This document shows positions 17,507 through 26,356 of a stretch of 64,000 nt of DNA, one piece after another. A program made the position numbers and the translations under genes. The stretch's first letter is position 1, and every line of letters begins with the position of its first letter. The notes beneath the pieces are model-generated. The model did not search any database, was not told the origin of the DNA, and saw only the letters and a list, made by a program, of their open reading frames with translations. Origin of the DNA: an uncultured Alphaproteobacteria bacterium. GTDB taxonomy: Bacteria > Pseudomonadota > Alphaproteobacteria > CBDUZE01. The stretch spans positions 92,960 to 156,959 of the forward strand of contig CBDUZE010000002.1 of assembly GCA_965371625.1 (NCBI GenBank), in the 5' to 3' direction.

Positions 17507-18958
17507 TCAGCGCGCCTCGCTCGCGGCCCTGGCCCGGGCCATGATCTCGTCCGGGTCCAGCACCCGGCCGCCCTTGACCACGCGATGAATGCGTCGCGTG
17601 TTGCGAATGTCGGCCAGGGGATCGGCATCGAGGATCACCATGTCCGCGAGCTTGCCCGGCGCGAGGGTGCCGAGGTCGCCGGCGCGGCCCATGACCCGGG
17701 ACCCGCCCCGGGTCGCGGCCACCAGCACCGCCGCGGGCGTGAGGCCGGCCACCACCATCAGCTCGAGCTCGCGGTGCAGCGCCGGGCCGTGCAGGGTGCC
17801 GATGTTGCCGGCGTCGGAGCCGGCGGCGACGGTGATCCCGCGCGCCCACACCCGCGCCAGGTTGGCGCCGACCACCGGGTCGAGCGGCGGGTCGAGCGGC
17901 GGGTCGAGCGGCGGCGGCGAGCGCGGGCGCAGCCACGACGGCAGCAGACGGCGAGACAGGGTCTCGAGGTCGCGAAAGCTGGCGATCGCCTCGGGATCGC
18001 CCAGACGGCGTTCGATGTCGCTCAAACGGAGGTCGAGGCCAAGCACCTCGCGATAGCCCTCCTTGACCACGATGGTGGTGGTGTAGACCACGTCGCGCGC
18101 CTTCATCAGCGCCAGCAGCCGGTCGTCGACGGGGCCGTCGTCGATGCTGTGCGCGAGCACGTCGACGCCGGCCTCGATCATCGCGCGGGCGACCCGACGC
18201 TGGGTGGCATGCGCCACCACGCGCACGCCGCCGGCGTGGCTTTCCGCCACCGCGGCCCGCACCCAGGCGATCTCCGGCCCGAGCTCCCGAGCCGGAAAGA
18301 CGAACCAGATCTTGATCAGGTCGGGGTCATGGACGAGCTGGCGTCGGACCTCGGCGCGGGCCTCATCGGGGGTGGCGATCCTGACGATCGGCGGGTCGGC
18401 GGCCGCCAAAGCGGGCGGCGCGTAGGTCGCCAGCAGCGGCCCCGCCACCGCCACCCGCGGCGCCAGCGGCGTGCGGGCGGCACGAGCCCTCACCTCGAAG
18501 TTCCACAGCGGTCCGCCGACGTCGACCACCGCGGTGACCCCGCTGGCGAGATAGCGGGCCAGGGTGAGCTCGATCCGCGCCTTGACCCCGGCCACCTCTT
18601 CGGCATAGGGCCGGTGAGCGCGCAGGTCGATGATATCGGGACGGGTGTAGGCGCCGCCCGACTGAAAGAAATGGATGTGGGCGTCGACGAGACCGGGAAT
18701 GATCCACTTGCCGCCCACCTCGACGATGCGGGCCCGGGCCGGAAGCTCGAGCGCCCGGCCGCGGGCCACGGCGACGATGCGCTCGCCCTCCACCAGCACC
18801 GTGGCCTCGGGGAGCGGCGCGGCGCCACTGCCGTCGATCACCGTGGCGCCGACGAAGGCGATAACCTCGCCCTCGGCGCGGGCCCCGGAAACGGCCAGCA
18901 GGATCAGGGCGGCCGCCGCGAGCAGCGGCCGCCCATGCCCGATCCGGTTACGCTGCAT
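17507..18958 (-). CDS. Secreted amidohydrolase-family metal-dependent hydrolase
   Basis: Signal peptide. Motifs IPGLVDAHIHF and HAT...D. It contains an in-frame (PPLD)x3 repeat. Confidence 0.7.
   Translation of the reverse strand: MQRNRIGHGRPLLAAAALILLAVSGARAEGEVIAFVGATVIDGSGAAPLPEATVLVEGERIVAVARGRALELPARARIVEVGGKWIIPGLVDAHIHFFQSGGAYTRPDIIDLRAHRPYAEEVAGVKARIELTLARYLASGVTAVVDVGGPLWNFEVRARAARTPLAPRVAVAGPLLATYAPPALAAADPPIVRIATPDEARAEVRRQLVHDPDLIKIWFVFPARELGPEIAWVRAAVAESHAGGVRVVAHATQRRVARAMIEAGVDVLAHSIDDGPVDDRLLALMKARDVVYTTTIVVKEGYREVLGLDLRLSDIERRLGDPEAIASFRDLETLSRRLLPSWLRPRSPPPLDPPLDPPLDPVVGANLARVWARGITVAAGSDAGNIGTLHGPALHRELELMVVAGLTPAAVLVAATRGGSRVMGRAGDLGTLAPGKLADMVILDADPLADIRNTRRIHRVVKGGRVLDPDEIMARARAASEAR
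17878..17913. repeat. 12-bp tandem repeat (gggtcgagcggc) x3 inside the amidohydrolase CDS, encoding PPLDPPLDPPLD
   Basis: Read directly from the sequence. Confidence 0.7.
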
Positions 18959-19066
18959 GACCTCGTCCCGGTCCCGACCCTCGCGCGGCCCGAAGGCCTA
19001 CTCTAGCGCCGAACGTGAGACCGCGGGCAGAGCTTTGTGTTGTTGGCGGCCGCTTGGGATGCGCTG

Positions 19067-19894
19067 TTAGGTGATCTTCTCGCGCAGCGCGACGAGCAAT
19101 CCCTCGATGTTGCCGCCGGCGCTCTGGATGATCGAGGCGAACTCGGAGCGTTGGGTAATCGCCATGCTCACGCCGCTGACGACCACGTCGATGATGCGGT
19201 ATCCGGTGGCCGACCCGCTCACCAGCCAATTCACTTCCACCGGCGGCATGCCGGGGCGGGGGCGGTGGATGAGGCTCTTGACGATGACGATGTTGCGCCG
19301 GCTGGGCAGGGCGCCGGTAATTGCCAAGCTCTCGCCCGAGTACTTGGCGATCCGGCTGATGTAGACCGAGACGATCAAGGCCTCGAACAGGCGCCGATAC
19401 TCCACCTGCTGCGCCGCCGTCGCCCGTCGCCAATGGCGGCCCAACACGATGCGGCTGATGGTATCGACATCGAATCCCTGCACCAGGACGGCGCGCAGGA
19501 CCAGGACCCGTTGCTCGGGCGTCAGCGAACGATCGCTCATCGTGGCGATGGTGCGGTCGCTCAAGGCCTTGACGAAGCGCACGGCGCCTTGGATCGATAC
19601 CTTCCCAGCGCTCGGCGCGATGCTGCCGAGTCGCCAGGCCTCGGCGTCCTCGGCGATGTAGGCCGAGGGCTGCCTGGCGCCGGCGTCGACCGCCGCGATC
19701 CTGGCCGCGCTCTCATCCGCTAGCGAGCTCGCGCAGCCCGCCAGCAGCACCGCCATTGAGGCCAGCACGTGGAAGCCAAGCCGTGACCCTGCCCGACCGC
19801 GACCGCCTGTCGGCTGACTCGTCCGATCGCGGCGCGACGCCCGATCTAACCCGAGATTTTGGGCATTCTTACCCCAACGCAGAATCATCTTCAT
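19067..19894 (-). CDS. MlaC/Ttg2D-family periplasmic lipid-binding protein (start uncertain)
   Basis: C-terminal region ...YSGESLAITGALPSRRNIVIVKSLIHRPRPGMPPVEVNWLVSGSATGYRIIDVVVSGVSMAITQRSEF is typical of the MlaC/toluene-tolerance family. The N-terminal boundary is unclear (MKMILRW... vs MAVLLAGC...). Confidence 0.55.
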   Translation of the reverse strand: MKMILRWGKNAQNLGLDRASRRDRTSQPTGGRGRAGSRLGFHVLASMAVLLAGCASSLADESAARIAAVDAGARQPSAYIAEDAEAWRLGSIAPSAGKVSIQGAVRFVKALSDRTIATMSDRSLTPEQRVLVLRAVLVQGFDVDTISRIVLGRHWRRATAAQQVEYRRLFEALIVSVYISRIAKYSGESLAITGALPSRRNIVIVKSLIHRPRPGMPPVEVNWLVSGSATGYRIIDVVVSGVSMAITQRSEFASIIQSAGGNIEGLLVALREKIT

Positions 19895-20008
19895 CGTTGA
19901 ACACCCCAGCCGTCCAAGAATGACAGCATTAACCGGCACGCCTTAAGGACGCGTTAATCGCCCCGCTCGCCGAGGCGCCGGCCGATCGCCGGGCGACTGG
20001 CCCGAGCG

Positions 20009-20383
20009 CTATTCGTCGCAGGGAAAGGCTTCGCTCAACGCCGCCGTCACGGCGGTCGCCGCCGCTTGGTCCAGGGTCTCGGAATGACGTCGTGCCCAGT
20101 CGGCGAAGAGAAGGCGCATCTCTTCGTTGTTCAAGGTCCCGCCCGGGAGGCAGAAGCGGGCGCGCGCGTCGTCGGTCTTCGCCACCAAGGCATGGGTGTC
20201 GCCGACCCCATTGAGGAAGCCGTAACACAGCACCAGCGCGAGCGCGGTGGGCATATCGCCCTCGGCGTCCGCCGGGTGATGGTCGCAATACCGCGCCAGG
20301 TCCGCGGCGTCGTGAATTTCCTGCGCCGAGGCCGCCGGAATGAGTCCGGCGAGTACCGCGGCTATGCCTGCAAGTCGCTTCAT
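20009..20383 (-). CDS. Small secreted hypothetical protein (Cys-containing, ~124 aa)
   Basis: Internal Met start gives signal peptide MKRLAGIAAVLAGLIPAASAQE. Four Cys are present. Confidence 0.45.
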   Translation of the reverse strand: MKRLAGIAAVLAGLIPAASAQEIHDAADLARYCDHHPADAEGDMPTALALVLCYGFLNGVGDTHALVAKTDDARARFCLPGGTLNNEEMRLLFADWARRHSETLDQAAATAVTAALSEAFPCDE

Positions 20384-20514
20384 GGGAGCTGCCCCAGACG
20401 GCGCAAGAATCAGTGGATATCGTAGAGCGCCCGGGAGGCGCGGGCAATCCAACAGCGCGCGCCGACGGCGATGGCTGCCAATCCCGCGGATCGCGGAGAT
20501 CGGTCATCATCCGA

Positions 20515-20703
20515 TCAGGCCTGGACGTAGTCGCGCTCGGCCGGATCGTCGTGCCGCACCCACTTGTAGAGCAAGCGACGGGGATCGCGGACGCGCCCGC
20601 ACTTCACGCACTCGACGACGCCGTAACCGCGCAGGGCGAAAATCGTGTGACCGCAACTACATTCGACGTCGAAACCCGTCGGGTTCTCTTCGGTGATCTT
20701 CAT
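20515..20703 (-). CDS. Small zinc-ribbon protein (62 aa)
   Basis: CSCGH...CVKCGR four-cysteine motif. A compact ORF. Confidence 0.4.
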   Translation of the reverse strand: MKITEENPTGFDVECSCGHTIFALRGYGVVECVKCGRVRDPRRLLYKWVRHDDPAERDYVQA

Positions 20704-20992
20704 GACAGGCCTCCAGGCTTTGAGCGGCGGGCCGTAAACTGCCGCATGGCGTCTTCTACGACCTCAAAGATGGCACGAGAAGGGCCGGGAGCCAGTGACC
20801 AACGTCACAGGGGGAGACGTTCTTGGCGGTGCGGTGTGACAAGGTCGGCACGAAAACGGAAAATTAACCAACCACACGTATCGTCGCAGCCACTTCGGTC
20901 GGGGTTGACCTTTAGATGGTCGTGGCCAAGCCGGCGGCGACTCGCCGGGCGCTGAGGCCGGCGGTTGGGGCCCAACGAGACAGAGTGCCGGA

Positions 20993-22135
20993 ATGGAGAC
21001 AAGCGGCGTCCAATACCTGGAGAGCCTGGCCAAGCTGGCGGAGGAGCGATCGCCCGAAAAACGTCGGGTCCTGCTCGAGCGCATCTCGGATCTGTTCATC
21101 GCCTCGGGGCAGGAGGTGAGCGACGACGAATCGGCGCTCATGGGCGACATTCTCAATCGGCTGGTCCACGACGTGGAGATGACGGTGAGACGCACCCTCG
21201 CCGAACGTCTGGCCGACCTCGACAAAGCGCCGCGCGAATTGATCACCACCCTGGCCAATGACGAAATCGATGTCGCCGCGCCAATCCTGTTGAGTAGCGG
21301 CGTGCTCCAGGACAGCGACCTCATCGAGATCGTCAGACACCGCACCAAGGAGCACTTGATGGTGGTGGCCCGGCGCGACGCCATCAACGAGCCGGTGAGC
21401 GACGCCTTGGTGGACAACGGTGACGAGGACGTCATCGAGACCCTGCTCTATAACCATAACGCGATGATCTCGCGCCGCGCGATCAGCTATCTCGCCACCG
21501 AGTCGCAGCGGGTGGATCGCTTCCAGAAGCCGTTGCTGACCCGCCCCGACCTGCCGGCCAACCTCGCTTACGAGATGTTCGATTGGGTGTCCGCCGCCTT
21601 ACGCCAGCACATCCTCAGCAGCTACGACATCGACGAGACGCTGGTCGACGGTGTGCTCGAGGAAACGAAAAGGACGGCGTTGGACGATGACGACCTCGGC
21701 GCCGCGAGCAACGAGGCGATGAAACTGGTCCAGCGGCTCGAAAAGGCCGGGATGCTGACGGAAAGCTTTCTTGTGCAGACGCTCCGGGACGGACGGATCG
21801 GCGTCTTCATATCCGCGCTGGCCACCAAGAGCGGCATCGACCTCCAGACCGCCCGGCGCATCTTCTTCGACCGCGGCGAGGAGGGGCTGGCCATTATCTG
21901 CAAGGCCAGCGGCTTCGATCGCTCGACCTTCGCCTCGCTCACCCTGCTGCGGCGGAAAAGCGCCGAGCAAAGCGGACCCATGGCGCCCACGGTGCTGGAG
22001 AAGTTGATGAGCATGTACGACACCATCACCGCGCGCAACGCGCGGCGCGTTCTGCGCTTCTGGAACATCCGACAGCACGAGATCGGGACCCCGCCGGCCC
22101 AGGGTAGCGGCGCGGCGGTTGCGACAAGCATGTAA
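20993..22135 (+). CDS. DUF2336-family protein (HEAT-like repeats), copy 1
   Basis: 380-aa protein identical to the copy at 22577..23719. Repeat-rich helical motifs (ILLSSGVLQDSDLIEIVRHRTKEHLMVVARRD...) recall the alphaproteobacterial DUF2336 family. Confidence 0.6.
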   Translation: METSGVQYLESLAKLAEERSPEKRRVLLERISDLFIASGQEVSDDESALMGDILNRLVHDVEMTVRRTLAERLADLDKAPRELITTLANDEIDVAAPILLSSGVLQDSDLIEIVRHRTKEHLMVVARRDAINEPVSDALVDNGDEDVIETLLYNHNAMISRRAISYLATESQRVDRFQKPLLTRPDLPANLAYEMFDWVSAALRQHILSSYDIDETLVDGVLEETKRTALDDDDLGAASNEAMKLVQRLEKAGMLTESFLVQTLRDGRIGVFISALATKSGIDLQTARRIFFDRGEEGLAIICKASGFDRSTFASLTLLRRKSAEQSGPMAPTVLEKLMSMYDTITARNARRVLRFWNIRQHEIGTPPAQGSGAAVATSM

Positions 22136-22199
22136 CGGCGGATCGATCCCGGGTGCCGGCGGGCCCGGAGACACCGGCATAGCGGCGGAGAGCGAGATC

Positions 22200-22384
22200 G
22201 TGCGCAGGTGTATTTCAGCTTCGGATACCAACGGGACCTTCATCGGGTCAACAAGATCCGCCAGCTGCCGTAAATCATTGCCGGCGCGGCGGCGGGATTT
22301 TAGAGCGCCAAGATTTGGCAGGAGGCAAAGCGCAACGGCGATGGGGCGGTCCGTGGCCTCATCAACGACGCCCTCAGTGGCACC
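22200..22384 (+). pseudogene. Degenerate 5' fragment of the TIR-like gene (1-bp deletion, in-frame TAA)
   Basis: Alignable to 23784–23968 but carries cagg-tgta (1-bp deletion), ctgccgTAAatc and ~10% substitutions. Confidence 0.55.
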
Positions 22385-23968
22385 AACGTCACAGGGGGAG
22401 ACGTTCTTGGCGGTGCGGTGTGACGAGGTCGGCACGAAAACGGAAAATTAACCAACCACACGTATCGTCGCAGCCACTTCGGTCGGGGTTGACCTTTAGA
22501 TGGTCGTGGCCAAGCCGGCGGCGACTCGCCGGGCGCTGAGGCCGGCGGTTGGGGCCCAACGAGACAGAGTGCCGGAATGGAGACAAGCGGCGTCCAATAC
22601 CTGGAGAGCCTGGCCAAGCTGGCGGAGGAGCGATCGCCCGAAAAACGTCGGGTCCTGCTCGAGCGCATCTCGGATCTGTTCATCGCCTCGGGGCAGGAGG
22701 TGAGCGACGACGAATCGGCGCTCATGGGCGACATTCTCAATCGGCTGGTCCACGACGTGGAGATGACGGTGAGACGCACCCTCGCCGAACGTCTGGCCGA
22801 CCTCGACAAAGCGCCGCGCGAATTGATCACCACCCTGGCCAATGACGAAATCGATGTCGCCGCGCCAATCCTGTTGAGTAGCGGCGTGCTCCAGGACAGC
22901 GACCTCATCGAGATCGTCAGACACCGCACCAAGGAGCACTTGATGGTGGTGGCCCGGCGCGACGCCATCAACGAGCCGGTGAGCGACGCCTTGGTGGACA
23001 ACGGTGACGAGGACGTCATCGAGACCCTGCTCTATAACCATAACGCGATGATCTCGCGCCGCGCGATCAGCTATCTCGCCACCGAGTCGCAGCGGGTGGA
23101 TCGCTTCCAGAAGCCGTTGCTGACCCGCCCCGACCTGCCGGCCAACCTCGCTTACGAGATGTTCGATTGGGTGTCCGCCGCCTTACGCCAGCACATCCTC
23201 AGCAGCTACGACATCGACGAGACGCTGGTCGACGGTGTGCTCGAGGAAACGAAAAGGACGGCGTTGGACGATGACGACCTCGGCGCCGCGAGCAACGAGG
23301 CGATGAAACTGGTCCAGCGGCTCGAAAAGGCCGGGATGCTGACGGAAAGCTTTCTTGTGCAGACGCTCCGGGACGGACGGATCGGCGTCTTCATATCCGC
23401 GCTGGCCACCAAGAGCGGCATCGACCTCCAGACCGCCCGGCGCATCTTCTTCGACCGCGGCGAGGAGGGGCTGGCCATTATCTGCAAGGCCAGCGGCTTC
23501 GATCGCTCGACCTTCGCCTCGCTCACCCTGCTGCGGCGGAAAAGCGCCGAGCAAAGCGGACCCATGGCGCCCACGGTGCTGGAGAAGTTGATGAGCATGT
23601 ACGACACCATCACCGCGCGCAACGCGCGGCGCGTTCTGCGCTTCTGGAACATCCGACAGCACGAGATCGGGACCCCGCCGGCCCAGGGTAGCGGCGCGGC
23701 GGTTGCGACAAGCATGTAACGGCGGATCGATCCCGGGTGCCGGCGGCACCGGAGACAGCGGCAAAGCTTCGGAGAGTGAGATCGTGCGCAGGGTGTACTT
23801 CAGCTTCGACTACCGATGGGACCTTCATCGGGTCAACAAGATCCGCCAGCTGCCGCAAATCATTGCCGGCGCGGCGGCGGGATTTCAGAGCGCCAAGATT
23901 TGGCAGGAGGCAAAGCGCAACGGCGACGGAGCGGTCCATGGCCTCATCAACGACGCCCTCAGTGGCAC
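22385..23968 (+). repeat. Tandem direct repeat unit 2 (1,584 bp)
   Basis: See unit 1. Confidence 0.85.
22577..23719 (+). CDS. DUF2336-family protein, copy 2
   Basis: Identical translation to copy 1. Confidence 0.6.
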   Translation: METSGVQYLESLAKLAEERSPEKRRVLLERISDLFIASGQEVSDDESALMGDILNRLVHDVEMTVRRTLAERLADLDKAPRELITTLANDEIDVAAPILLSSGVLQDSDLIEIVRHRTKEHLMVVARRDAINEPVSDALVDNGDEDVIETLLYNHNAMISRRAISYLATESQRVDRFQKPLLTRPDLPANLAYEMFDWVSAALRQHILSSYDIDETLVDGVLEETKRTALDDDDLGAASNEAMKLVQRLEKAGMLTESFLVQTLRDGRIGVFISALATKSGIDLQTARRIFFDRGEEGLAIICKASGFDRSTFASLTLLRRKSAEQSGPMAPTVLEKLMSMYDTITARNARRVLRFWNIRQHEIGTPPAQGSGAAVATSM

Positions 23969-24278
23969 CAGCGTCACCGTGGTCTGCGTCGGCCACACGA
24001 CCGCCCATCGCAAGTACATCGTTTACGAGCTTGAACGGTCGTTCGAGCGCGGTAACGGACTGGTGGGGATCACCATCAACCACCTGAGCGATGGACAGGG
24101 GAAGTCCGACCCCGAGGCCTCGATTCCCCCGCTGCTCACGATCTCGGAAGCAGGCATCTACAAGTACAGCAACAAGCGGGATCTGGTGAATTGGATCGAG
24201 CAGGCGGCGGAAGCCGCCGCGCGAGAGCGCCAGCACGATTATCAGCATCAGCTCGTGATCCAGGGCAGCCCGGCCTAA
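23784..24278 (+). CDS. TIR-like domain protein (DUF1863/ThsB-like), GTG start
   Basis: N-terminal RRVYFSFDYRWDLHRVNKIRQ... matches the '(K/R)VF(F/I)SFxY' opening of TIR-like DUF1863 domains. GGAGAG 7 nt upstream of the GTG. Length ~165 aa. Confidence 0.5.
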   Translation: MRRVYFSFDYRWDLHRVNKIRQLPQIIAGAAAGFQSAKIWQEAKRNGDGAVHGLINDALSGTSVTVVCVGHTTAHRKYIVYELERSFERGNGLVGITINHLSDGQGKSDPEASIPPLLTISEAGIYKYSNKRDLVNWIEQAAEAAARERQHDYQHQLVIQGSPA

Positions 24279-24305
24279 GAGAGCGCGATGCGAGCGCTGC
24301 CCCGC

Positions 24306-24995
24306 TCAGGGCGTGAAAGAAACCTCGGTCGGCAGCTCCACCCCCTCGAGCGCGACCACGCGGGCCGGCGCGCCATCCAAGCCCTCAAGTTTGAGCGGCA
24401 GGGCGAAGATCACGCAGCGCGGGCGCGAGATCGCCGCCAGATTGCGCACGTACTCGACGTTGCAGATGTCGTGGCCCAGGAGGCGGTGGTGAACGCTGCA
24501 ATCCTCGGCGCGAAAGCCCGGCTGGCGGACCACGTACTCCTCGGAGAAGTCATAGACCACGGCCTTGACGCCGCGCTCGACCAGCCAGTCGGCGCCCTCC
24601 ACCGTGAGGTAGGGGCCCTCGCGCCAGAACCTCTCGGTACCCCAGCAGGCATCGCTCCAGCCGGTGCGCAGGACGGCGATATCACCTCGTTTGGTGTGAC
24701 GGCCGCGGTCCTCGAGCGTGTCGCCGGCGATGCCGGCCTCGGGGCCGTGATCGCTGAGCTCAATCACCGCCGCCGGCCCCACCAGCTTGGCCAGCGGCAC
24801 CGCGTCGATCGCGGCGCCGCCGGCGATGAAGTGGCTGGGCGCGTCCACGTGGGTGCCGTAATGGCAGAACATGCTGAAGGTCGAGCCCGCCCAGCCCGCC
24901 TCGTCGAGGCGATACGGGGTTTCGAACGCCACCTCCAGGCCCATGCGGCCGTCGCCGTGGCGAATGGCTATCGAAAGGTCGATGAGGTCGGCCAT
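24306..24995 (-). CDS. Cyclase-family protein (kynurenine formamidase-like)
   Basis: HYGTHVDAPSHF motif and length (229 aa) are typical of the PF04199 cyclase family. Confidence 0.75.
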   Translation of the reverse strand: MADLIDLSIAIRHGDGRMGLEVAFETPYRLDEAGWAGSTFSMFCHYGTHVDAPSHFIAGGAAIDAVPLAKLVGPAAVIELSDHGPEAGIAGDTLEDRGRHTKRGDIAVLRTGWSDACWGTERFWREGPYLTVEGADWLVERGVKAVVYDFSEEYVVRQPGFRAEDCSVHHRLLGHDICNVEYVRNLAAISRPRCVIFALPLKLEGLDGAPARVVALEGVELPTEVSFTP

Positions 24996-25054
24996 GTCAG
25001 GGGCTCCCGGGACCGGACGGTAGGCCGCGAAGGCGCGCCGCCGCCGCGCGAGAT

Positions 25055-25128
25055 TGGCTGGGGCGGCAGGAATCGAACCTGCGATCGCGGGACCAAAACC
25101 CGCTGCCTTACCACTTGGCTACGCCCCA
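25055..25128 (-). tRNA. tRNA-Gln (anticodon TTG)
   Basis: Minus-strand sequence TGGGGCGTAGCCAAGTGGTAAGGCAGCGGGTTTTGGTCCCGCGATCGCAGGTTCGATTCCTGCCGCCCCAGCCA folds as a cloverleaf. Acceptor UGGGGCG/CGCCCCA, anticodon stem GCGGG/CCCGC with loop UUUUGGU giving anticodon UUG, T-arm GGTTCGATTCC, encoded CCA. Confidence 0.9.
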
Positions 25129-25242
25129 GCGGAGGGCGGCGCGTGGACCATAAGCAGAACTCATCGGCGCTTCAACATCGCCCGACCACGGCGCGCCGGT
25201 GAGGTGCCCGATTTGGGCCTCCGTCTCGGCGCCGCTCCGGCG

Positions 25243-26256
25243 TCAGGCGATGGTGCGTGTTTGCTGGGCGAAGATCCTGTGGCTCGCGCCGACCACAACG
25301 GCGTAGTAGCTCAGCGTCAGCAGCACCCAAAGGAGGGTCTGCTGGGGCCACGCCAGGGCCATCAGATTGGGCAGCGCCACCATCGCCAGGTAGACCGGCA
25401 AGGCCCGGCGCCAGGGCATCAGCCGCTCGAGAATGTGGTGCAGGTGGTCGCGGTCCGAGGTGAACGGCGAGCGGCCGCGCAACACCCGGGTTGCCATCAG
25501 GCGCAGACAATCCACCACCGGCACCAGGAACCAGAGCGCCACGATGTCGGCGGGCAAGGTCGCGAAGTTGACCTGATAGCAATAGATCGCCAGGAGACCG
25601 ACGGCGATGCTCAGCGAGTAGGTCCCGGAATCACCCAGGAACAGGCGCCCCGTCAGGTTGAAGACGAAACCGATGGCAAGCGTAATGGCGAGTACGGCGA
25701 GCAGGGGATAGAGGTGCCCCGGCGCGTAAGCGAACAACAACATGGTCCACACCAACGACAGCCCGAGCACCAGCCCGTTCTTGCCGTCCGCCATGTTGAC
25801 CGCGTTCTGCAGCCCCACCAGGCAGAGCAAGGTGAAGATCGGCCCCACCCAGCCGTCGAGGAACAGGGCCCGAGGCAGGAAGCTGAACTTCAGGAACGAG
25901 ATCTCGAAGGCGGGGACCGAAAGGATCACTACCAGTCCCAGGGTGAAGGACGCCGCCAGCCGCCATACCGGTCGAATGTGCTTGCGGTCGTCGACGAAGC
26001 CGAGCCCCAGAAACGCCGCTAGCGCCACCAACAAGGTGACGTAAAAGGGTCCGAACTCGGTGGTGGCGGCCTGGATCGCGGCCATCGCGCAGACCGAGAC
26101 CATGATCGCCAGCCCGCCGACCAACGGAGTCGGGCGATCGTGGGTCTTGCGCTGGCCGTCGGGCAGGTCGACGACGCGCAGCCAGCCGCCCACCGGGGTC
26201 GCGAACGCACACACCAGGAGCGTGAACGCGCCCAGCCCCAAATAAGCCGCAATCAT
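25243..26256 (-). CDS. Glycosyltransferase family 4 polyprenyl-phosphate N-acetylhexosamine-1-phosphate transferase (WecA/WbpL-like initiating enzyme)
   Basis: Polytopic. Motifs VDDRKHI and NAVNMADGKNGLVLGL (MraY/WecA signature). The ORF-track first codon is TTG, so the internal ATG (MIAAYLG...) was used. Confidence 0.75.
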   Translation of the reverse strand: MIAAYLGLGAFTLLVCAFATPVGGWLRVVDLPDGQRKTHDRPTPLVGGLAIMVSVCAMAAIQAATTEFGPFYVTLLVALAAFLGLGFVDDRKHIRPVWRLAASFTLGLVVILSVPAFEISFLKFSFLPRALFLDGWVGPIFTLLCLVGLQNAVNMADGKNGLVLGLSLVWTMLLFAYAPGHLYPLLAVLAITLAIGFVFNLTGRLFLGDSGTYSLSIAVGLLAIYCYQVNFATLPADIVALWFLVPVVDCLRLMATRVLRGRSPFTSDRDHLHHILERLMPWRRALPVYLAMVALPNLMALAWPQQTLLWVLLTLSYYAVVVGASHRIFAQQTRTIA

Positions 26257-26356
26257 TTGGAATTGCAGTCCAGTCCCAACCCGGTCGGCATCGGACGCCA
26301 ACGGCGATGCCTTGTCAAGGCCAATGATCGCCCGAATCCGGCGCGATTCGGGGCGC

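Larger units (their letters stand above)
20800..22384 (+). repeat. Tandem direct repeat unit 1 (1,584 bp): DUF2336 gene plus a decayed 5' fragment of the TIR-like gene
   Basis: Identical ORFs recur at a +1,584 offset. Junction microhomology cagtg(g)cacca. Confidence 0.85.

Noticed and set aside
17501-19006. 501-aa plus-strand ORF
   Set aside because: Antisense to the amidohydrolase gene. No recognisable domains. Composition bias only.
20009-20452. Full-length 147-aa version of the small secreted protein
   Set aside because: The ORF-track first codon is TTG and the first 23 residues precede a clean signal peptide starting at the internal Met. The shorter form was preferred.
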